A stretch of 63,708 bases of DNA, the filler included, from Saprolegnia diclina VS20 (Eukaryota), in the NCBI RefSeq assembly GCF_000281045.1. It is 8 parts of one record of this genome, joined end to end, with 100 filler letters (N's around TTAATTAATTAA, not from the genome) between each part and the next. Parts side by side here need not be neighbours in the genome. Positions count along the whole stretch, not along the records: positions 59,473 to 61,603 come from NW_008246069.1; positions 61,704 to 63,708 come from NW_008246069.1; 6 more parts are not named here. One strand, 5' to 3'. The notes under the pieces were generated by a model that did no database searches, had not been told where the DNA came from, and saw only the letters and a program-made list of their open reading frames with translations. This document shows positions 59,473 to 63,708 of this stretch, piece by piece; within the stretch, counting starts at the first letter, position 1, and the number at the start of each line of letters is the position of its first letter. The position numbers and the translations under genes are program-made.

Positions 59473-60766
59473 GTCCTTGTCTATACACTGCTCATTGGCG
59501 TACGCTGCCTCGTCGTGCCGTGGTTGCTCTTCTCGTCCAATACCTTTGTCAAGACCACGTTGATCTTGGCGATCAATAGCCTCGTGAGCTTTGGCACCGC
59601 TGTCGGTATCTCGATGGTCCGGATGCTTCCGCCACTGCTCTTGGCCGTTGTGGGCGACTTGAGAGCCACGTACTCGCCAGTGTGGGGAACCCGGCACGTG
59701 CTCCAAGCGCGTTTTATACTGCCAACGTCTGGTCTCGACCTCTTGGAGAAATGTGTTTTGCTTGGTGCCAACGTCGTCAATGTTCGGCGGCTTGTGCTCG
59801 CGGCTGCCAAGCTCCCATCTCGCCCTGCCGTCCGTCGTGTGTACACGACAACCTCTACGATGCTCGGACCGTCTGCGTCAGGCTCTAGCTTCGCGCTTCG
59901 TCGGGCCTCCTCCGTCGCCAAGCTGCAATTTATCGCATCACAGTCGCTGCGTACTGTCTCGGAAGTGGGTCAAACGCTCGAGTTTCGTCATAAGCGCATT
60001 CTCAAATGTTTCCTTGTCTACCAGCTGCTTATGGGCGCCACCATGCTCTTCAACGTCGTCGACTTGGCCTCGATGCAATCGCCATGTCCTCGTGGCTGTC
60101 AACTGCAGACGCACCCGTGGTTTTCTCGGTCTTGTTCGTGCGCGTACCTCGGTATCAACTGCGCCGATCCCACTTTTGCAAATGCCAACCTCTCGATGTC
60201 TCTTTCGCCCAATATTTGGGGAACCGCCGTCTTTTTTCGGCACCTCTCGCAGTGTCATCTACCGAATGGATTGGACTTGCGACTGCTGGCTCCCTTTGAA
60301 GGTATTTCAGTGATCACGCTCGAGTTTTCGAATATGACGTCGTGGGACGCTCCACCAAACGTGACGTGGCCCGCGTCACTTCTCGGTATCAACTTGCGCT
60401 ATGGCAATCTTACAGCGATACCAACCGTCTTGTACGCGCTGCCACCACAGCTGCAGGTGCTCAACATCATGGGGCACCCGTTCCGAAATATACCACCAGA
60501 TGTGTTTTCGCACTGGACGTCGGTGACGTGGCTCGGCCTCGCAGGCGCGGANNNNNNNNNNNNNNNNNNNNNNNNNNNNNNNNNNNNNNNNNNNNNNNNN
60601 NNNNNNNNNNNNNNNNNNNNNNNNNNNNNNNNNNNNNNNNNNNNNNNNNNNTGCCGATACGTGCTCGGCTCTGAACGTTGGCGATAACGTGTGCCATCTC
60701 GGCTGCTTCTCTGTCAACTGTGCTTGGGACGATGGGGACTGCACCACCTTTGGCACACTCAAGTGA
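59473..60766 (+). CDS. Oomycete TM - Cys-rich - LRR protein with C-terminal LNR (Notch/Lin-12)-like repeat; partial, spans N gap 60552..60651
   Basis: TM helices; CPRGCQLQTHPWFSRSCSCAYLGINC; LRR-like LLGINLRYGNLTAIP and LQVLNIMGHPFRNIP. After the gap a frame reads ADTCSALNVGDNVCHLGCFSVNCAWDDGDC, with a stop at 60764-60766. Confidence 0.72.
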
Positions 60767-61199
60767 CTACAAACACGCGTATACGATCTTCTCGCGATGA
60801 GCTGAGGTACTAGTAGCAGCTTGTAATTGTACATTGTCAGTGGTATTGCATGACTCATGACTGGAGCAAGCTGCAAACATCATCAAAATTACCTCCAAAG
60901 CTGCTTGTGCGACGCCATGAGGAGAACGCCCTGGAAGCCGTTTTGTGCGTCTCGAGGTCCTTCCAGAAAGCCCAAGTTGCTGTGGCAACAAGGGAATTCA
61001 ACACAATTTCCTACAATTGTACGCGGATAAGTCGTGCTTTAGCAGCCCCGCATAAATTACGCAGTATGATCAGAGGGCTTGGCAGCGTCCTCAAGCTCCT
61101 CTGTCGAACCGCGGAAACCGCAAAGGGGTTGCATCAAAGATAGAGTATGGATTGTGGACCTTCTATTTCGAGACACGGGTCACCTGATCCGCTGCAGTC

Positions 61200-61603
61200 A
61201 TGGACGAGGAGCCGGTGCCAGCAGCAGCGGTACTGTGGCCGCTTGAAGTGGCTGCGAGACGCCCGATCCTTCTGATTGCATTCCTCAAAAACCTTGCGTC
61301 GACCATCTACCTCGTTGTGTGCGTCCTTCTCATGCTTCTCTCGACGCCGACCCAGAAGGTACGTGGGCAAATGTACAAGAGCACGTCGTGGAGCCCGGCC
61401 GTGTACATCGTCTACTGCTTACTTCACCTTGTTGCAATGCTCCCGGCACCGTCGTGGTTGCCTTCCGCAGGACCAAATGCACTGACGCAGTGGATGCAGT
61501 CCTGGATGGCGTCCGACAACATGCAGGCGACGCTGCAAGCGATCGAAACGACCGCGCAGGTGCTGCAAGGCTATCACATCAGTCGCCTCTGCGTCGATCG
61601 AGA
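61200..61603 (+). CDS. 5' fragment of an oomycete multi-TM protein (probably the same broad TM-LRR family)
   Basis: Hydrophobic helices and AIETTAQVLQGYHISRL, similar to the E...Q..QAY..S motif of oomycete TM proteins. Cut by the linker. Confidence 0.55.
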
Positions 61604-62367
61604 NNNNNNNNNNNNNNNNNNNNNNNNNNNNNNNNNNNNNNNNNNNNTTAATTAATTAANNNNNNNNNNNNNNNNNNNNNNNNNNNNNNNNNNNNNNNNN
61701 NNNGCTTCCCGCTTGCCCGTTTGCCTCCTCTTCTTCCTCTTCCTCTTCTTAGCTTCGTTCCTCTGCTTTGTGCTTCGCTGCCCCAAGTGCCAGCTTGACA
61801 GCGCTACTGTATCTACGAGCGTGGAGCAGAGATCCGGAAATCACATACTGTGTACTCCAACAGAGTTGTTGGACGCCAGTCGTGTCGTTGGTCGCCGTCA
61901 TGTCGTTGTTCGCGGAGCACTGTCAAGTCGTGGCTTGCCAACCGCCGGAGTTATTGGTCAGCGACCGCTGTCCAGTCGTTGGTCGCCGACCAGTCGTTGC
62001 TCGCCGTCGTGTCATTGGTCGCCGTTGACACCAAGCTTGGGAGCAAGCAGCTGCGTCCCGCAGCAGCAGCTGTCAGCTGTCGACAGTCGACAGCCGCCTG
62101 GTTTTGGGGGAAATGTCAAACTGCATAAAACTACGAAGCCAAACAACATATTATTTTGTAAAGTCCTGTTTTCTGTTTTGACGCAGGCTGCGTCAATAGG
62201 TGCGTCACGCAGGTCTCCGAAATACACCCAGTTTTGTCGTTTTCCCGTTTTTTTGCTCCCAGCAGCGTGCAACATCTGATTGCGTGGTATCAGATGCGAG
62301 CTGAATCTGCGATCGTCAACGACATCAAACACTGCGATCGTCAGTCCTCATTTTCCTTTTGACTGCC

Positions 62368-63423
62368 ATGTCCAACCTCAGCATGGACGCCATCAACGAT
62401 ATCGACAACTTGGACGAGCTTCGAGCGATCCTCGAAGCGCACCGCCAAGAATTGGAGCGGGTCGAGGCGCAGGTGGCCGTGGTGAACGCCGCCAAAATCC
62501 CGCAGGCCGTCGTTCTCTTCAATGACGCGGTCCTCGAGCGCACGTGCGCCGGCCTGCGCGACGCGCATGGCACGAAATGCTACATGTACGCGACACTTGT
62601 GTGCTTGGCGCACACGGCGAGCTTCGTACGAGCGTTGTGCAACGAAGGCAAGCACTTGGTGACGAAGGACGTCGCCAAGCTCCTCCTCTCGATCCGCGAC
62701 GGATCCATCGAGTCGATGTATCGTTCACCGGTATATGGCGAGTCCATCGTGTGGGACTTCCACAGAGGCGAGCAAGAAGACGCCCACGATTACTATTTGC
62801 ATCTGATGAGACAGCTCTATGGCATCTCGGACGTGCCCAAGCGTTTGTTCAAGTGGAAGTGGGCCCAAGTGCAGACGTGCGCGGGCTGCTCATTCGAGTC
62901 GAGGACGCTGCACAGTACGATCATGTTCATCGCCGGTGAATGCGACGGAGGAATCGGCGGGAAGGACGACGGGAAGGCCGCCGCTACCACCAAGACATCG
63001 GTCGTCGAGGCGATCCAAGCGTACCTGCATGAAGACGTCACCAAGCTGTGTGAAGACTGTGGCGTCCAGCAAAACCACAGCGTGGGCACCGAATTTACCA
63101 ACGAGCCCGACGTTCTCGTCGTCAAGATCCATCTGTTCAATATCAAGGTCGACGCCAAGGCCGGAACCTTTTCGTCGGAAAGAATTGTGCCGACGGTCGA
63201 TTTTCAAGCCGGCGATGACATCCAGCTCGCGTCGTCCAAGTACCGACCCTCGGCGTTCTTGACGCACATTGGCAGCAAGATGTCGAGTGGTCACTACAAG
63301 GCGTACGTTCGGGGCCACATGAACCAGTGGTTCGAAGTCAACAACCATGTGGTCCGCAAGGTGAACATCAAGAAAGTCGACACGACAGAGGCCTACCTCA
63401 TCTTTTTCGAGAAGACGCCATGA
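62368..63423 (+). CDS. Ubiquitin-specific protease (peptidase C19/UCH), intronless, divergent Cys box
   Basis: GLRDAHGTKCYMYATLVCL (Cys box), GEQEDAHDY (QEDA box), CAGC/CEDC zinc ribbon, PDVLVVKI, and THIGSKMSSGHYKAYVR...WFEVNN (His box). Confidence 0.9.
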   Translation: MSNLSMDAINDIDNLDELRAILEAHRQELERVEAQVAVVNAAKIPQAVVLFNDAVLERTCAGLRDAHGTKCYMYATLVCLAHTASFVRALCNEGKHLVTKDVAKLLLSIRDGSIESMYRSPVYGESIVWDFHRGEQEDAHDYYLHLMRQLYGISDVPKRLFKWKWAQVQTCAGCSFESRTLHSTIMFIAGECDGGIGGKDDGKAAATTKTSVVEAIQAYLHEDVTKLCEDCGVQQNHSVGTEFTNEPDVLVVKIHLFNIKVDAKAGTFSSERIVPTVDFQAGDDIQLASSKYRPSAFLTHIGSKMSSGHYKAYVRGHMNQWFEVNNHVVRKVNIKKVDTTEAYLIFFEKTP

Positions 63424-63708
63424 AGTCTTAATCTTAACCTGAAGTAAAACTAGGTAGTACTATACTAGTATAACGTGTCAAGATGATCATGCACGACCTA
63501 TTTAGCGTACTGACTAGTGACGTTAAATCATATGATTGGTGAGGGGAAATAAATGGCTGGCATGCATTGTCATTTGCAAACAGGTCCCTTCCGGGGTGAG
63601 CTGGTAGGAACTTTTGTAATAGATGCGAAGCGTTGATTTAACGGTATTGCGACGACGGCGCGTTGGCCTACACAAAAGTCAACGCTCGACCTTCGCTGCG
63701 CTGCGGTG

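Noticed and set aside
51102..63708. Apparent cluster of secreted and surface genes (lectins, GPI protein, TM-LRR) as a pathogenicity island
   Set aside because: These are small contigs concatenated with linkers. Multi-copy families tend to break assemblies, so the clustering cannot be taken as real linkage.

Overview
GC-rich, gene-dense eukaryotic DNA with very short (about 40-50 nt) GT-AG introns and a gene set typical of an oomycete, most likely Saprolegniaceae (inferred from ricin-B lectins, a Notch/LNR-containing LRR membrane protein, RNI-like LRR paralogs and flagellar IFT46). The window is a draft scaffold. Seven artificial N44-TTAATTAATTAA-N44 linkers join contigs, so adjacency across them (at 23.2 kb and in the mosaic of small contigs after 51.1 kb) is not evidence of biological linkage. 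Recognisable genes: signal-peptide cyclophilin, PRP38B-like splicing factor, DUS1, IFT46, DUF4460/TCAIM-like protein, SK-like K+ channel, large ARM-repeat protein, LPAAT/LCLAT acyltransferase, CGRRF1-like RING E3, PTEN-domain formin, FANCD2 and a USP-family deubiquitinase. Most interesting signals: (1) a PH-CHI-CHI-PH-transmembrane protein that looks like an undescribed membrane-contact-site lipid-handling tether; (2) a 372-nt non-coding fold-back (~90% arm identity), a candidate hairpin-RNA/small-RNA locus; (3) a formin combining a CX5R-intact PTEN domain, UBA, PHD and CCDC53-like repeats; (4) a palindromic head-to-head pair of secreted ricin-B lectin genes with identical coding parts; (5) several pseudo-enzymes (secreted RNase T2 without catalytic histidines, degenerate JmjC-FN3-FN3-PA protein, degenerate 2OG-Fe(II) protein); (6) a triplicated NQPFD motif in IFT46 and a TVGLG filter in the SK-like channel. 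Domain calls come from motif recognition by eye, not from database searches.
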